NCBI GenBank assembly: GCA_032718475.1
Contig: JAUCBJ010008728.1
Span: 1-50,449, forward strand
Source of the DNA: Nemertoderma westbladi
Lineage: Eukaryota > Animalia > Xenacoelomorpha
Direction: 5' to 3'
DNA: 50,449 nucleotides
Every line of letters begins with the position of its first letter. Position 1 is the first letter of the stretch. The position numbers were made by a program, and so were the translations under genes. The notes beneath the pieces were generated by a model. It had not been told where the DNA came from. It searched no databases and saw nothing but the letters and a program-made list of their open reading frames with translations. Positions 48,590 to 50,449 of this stretch are shown in pieces.

Positions 48590-48950
48590 GGTCCAAATTT
48601 AAAAATCGGCCTCCGTTAATCGATTTAGAAATAATTCAGGTAACTCCATGCCAAATATCAGAATCATTCATTGCGTTCCCTATGACAAGATAGCTTTTTC
48701 CTAAACCATGCGAAAACACGCAAATATAGCGCTCACATCGCACAAATACCATCTCGACACCCAATTTTTTGTATGAGCCTTCGCCATCCCTATATCTAAC
48801 TTTTGTCCAAATTTTGTTTCGATTGATTAATAAATAACTGAGATATCGCTCTGGACACACACACACACACACACACCTACTAACACACACACACACACAC
48901 ACATTACGGTAATAATGGTCACTTATGTCAAGGACCGTGAACCAACAATA
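48590..48950 (+). repeat. HINE/DINE-like element with (CA)n microsatellite
   Basis: CCAAATTT modules, GAGATATCGC followed by (CA)n at 48855-48903 and a short GGTCAC...GTGAACC hairpin. Family is inferred from layout. Confidence 0.45.
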
Positions 48951-49377
48951 GAGAGCTTGTCCCATTGCATAGCATACGGAATACATAGCGCACTGTTAGT
49001 ATCCAAGGATACATAGTAATAACGTGACATTCTGGAAGGCACTGACTAACGGACAAATGGCCTGTATGTGTACAATTGGTGACAATTGTGTGGAATTTGT
49101 GCGTTTATAGGTGAATGTTACTGCTAAAGTGTGTTTACAGTAGCTAGTCGCAATTGTGAAAGTAGCCCTAACTCTACTATAGAAAGAACCTAAAGAGGAT
49201 CCAAGCCTTTGGGACGGACAGTGGAGTGACTTTGTGCCGGTTATCGTTGTCGTGCTGTTGCTACATGTTGGCGTAAACACCGCGACGACGGTACATCGGC
49301 GCTGAGAATCCCACTGTTCGGGGGCAAAGAGAGGTAGGCAGCGACGCCTGCTCGCCTAAATATAAACTCATTATAAT

Positions 49378-49480
49378 TAGGGATGTCCCGGAATCGATAT
49401 TTTGATTCCGGCCGGAACCGGAACCGGAATTCAACAAGCCGGAATATTCCGGCTGGAATTCCGGCCGGAACCGGAATTTT
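49378..49480 (+). mobile_element. Left end of a hAT-like non-autonomous element
   Basis: Starts TAGGGATG followed by dense CCGGAA/TTCCGG subterminal repeats; the matching end is not seen in the window. Confidence 0.55.
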
Positions 49481-50039
49481 CTATAATTGTAGTGAAATAC
49501 ACTAAATGAACCATGAAATTTTGTAATTTTTTGTGAAACAAATGAATTTTTTAATTTCTACTAAGTTTGATAATGAGATGAATCAGAACCTTGGGGGGAA
49601 TTAAAGTGTGTGGAGTGTAGAATGGCATGGGCTGTTATGGGGACGGGATGGTACTTCGGCATTGAACGACAGGGAATTCAATATATTTTTTTTTCTAAAA
49701 TCTATAACTTTGGCCAACAGTTAGGTTATTAGCAATTAGACTCCTAAAAACCTACGTTAAACAAAAACCTATGGTTTCGCGTCATTAGGTCCTTTGGTGC
49801 AATATCCTGGTGTCTTTAAGTGAAAGGAGCAGGTTACAGTGACATGTTATTCGAACCAAAACAATAAACGAGGCCAATAAATAGTACATGTTACAGTTTA
49901 ATTATTGCTGGGAATAAATAGATTTATGGTAAGAAATGGCTTTGCTGTAAATAGAAATTAAACTACTATATTATGCAGCACCTACGACGCAGGACTAAAC
50001 TAACGACCACTCGCAGGACCTGTACGTGTGTTGTAATAA

Positions 50040-50215
50040 CGTTTTATATTAGTTTTAAGTTAGAGTAGTACCGGTAATTGTATTTATGTAATATTGTATT
50101 TGTAACCAAGTAACATAAAGGACCCCCATGGAAATAAGCTGCAAATCTTTAGGGGTCATCCTATATGTTACGTTGGACAATACCAATCATAATATTATCA
50201 TATTATTTAATAATT
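50040..50215 (+). mobile_element. 3' end fragment of a CR1/L2-group LINE
   Basis: T-rich tract, stem-loop GGACCCCCATGGAAATAAG...TAGGGGTCATCC, then an (ATT)-like tail. Confidence 0.35.
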
Positions 50216-50449
50216 AATTCAAAGTAAAATAATATAAAATCAATGTAAAATAATGTAAAAAATCAATGTAAAATATTGTAAGATCAATCTAAAAAACGCC
50301 ACTTTATATGGAAATTGTAATAATTAAATTGGAAAAACCACTCGTTACGGCCCGTGCTCCACTGGTAAGTCTTATGTAGTCTTAGTCAGAATAAATTATG
50401 GAACACATTGGTTTCAATGGGAGCGTCTCCACTGGTAAATCGTAAGTTA

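Noticed and set aside
48950-49370. Possible SINE body
   Set aside because: Repeat-like composition but no Pol III boxes, TSD or second copy visible.

Overview
AT-rich, repeat-saturated animal (probably invertebrate) genomic DNA made almost entirely of nested transposable elements. Two related Bel/Pao LTR-retrotransposon gag-pol regions lie head-to-head. Copy 1 (minus strand, 21467->1143) is split by an 11.76-kb CACTA/EnSpm DNA transposon (3479-15236, 2-bp TSD); removing it restores a stop-free 2854-aa ORF. That CACTA element contains an intact accessory ORF, a truncated transposase, a near full-length APE-RT LINE (RTEX-like) and MITEs. Copy 2 (plus strand, 38710-46688) is decayed. Between them lie a candidate LTR, a frameshifted LRR-type gene, and a ~670-bp tandem array interrupted by a second EnSpm-like element that carries a 5'-truncated RTE LINE with a 92-bp target duplication. 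The most unusual signals are: (1) a polypurine tract abutting the candidate LTR on the strand opposite to gag-pol; (2) a conserved, apparently structured non-coding motif shared by both Bel/Pao copies that pairs better on the non-coding strand; (3) an unrecognised conserved N-terminal Gag extension. All calls are by eye, without database searches.
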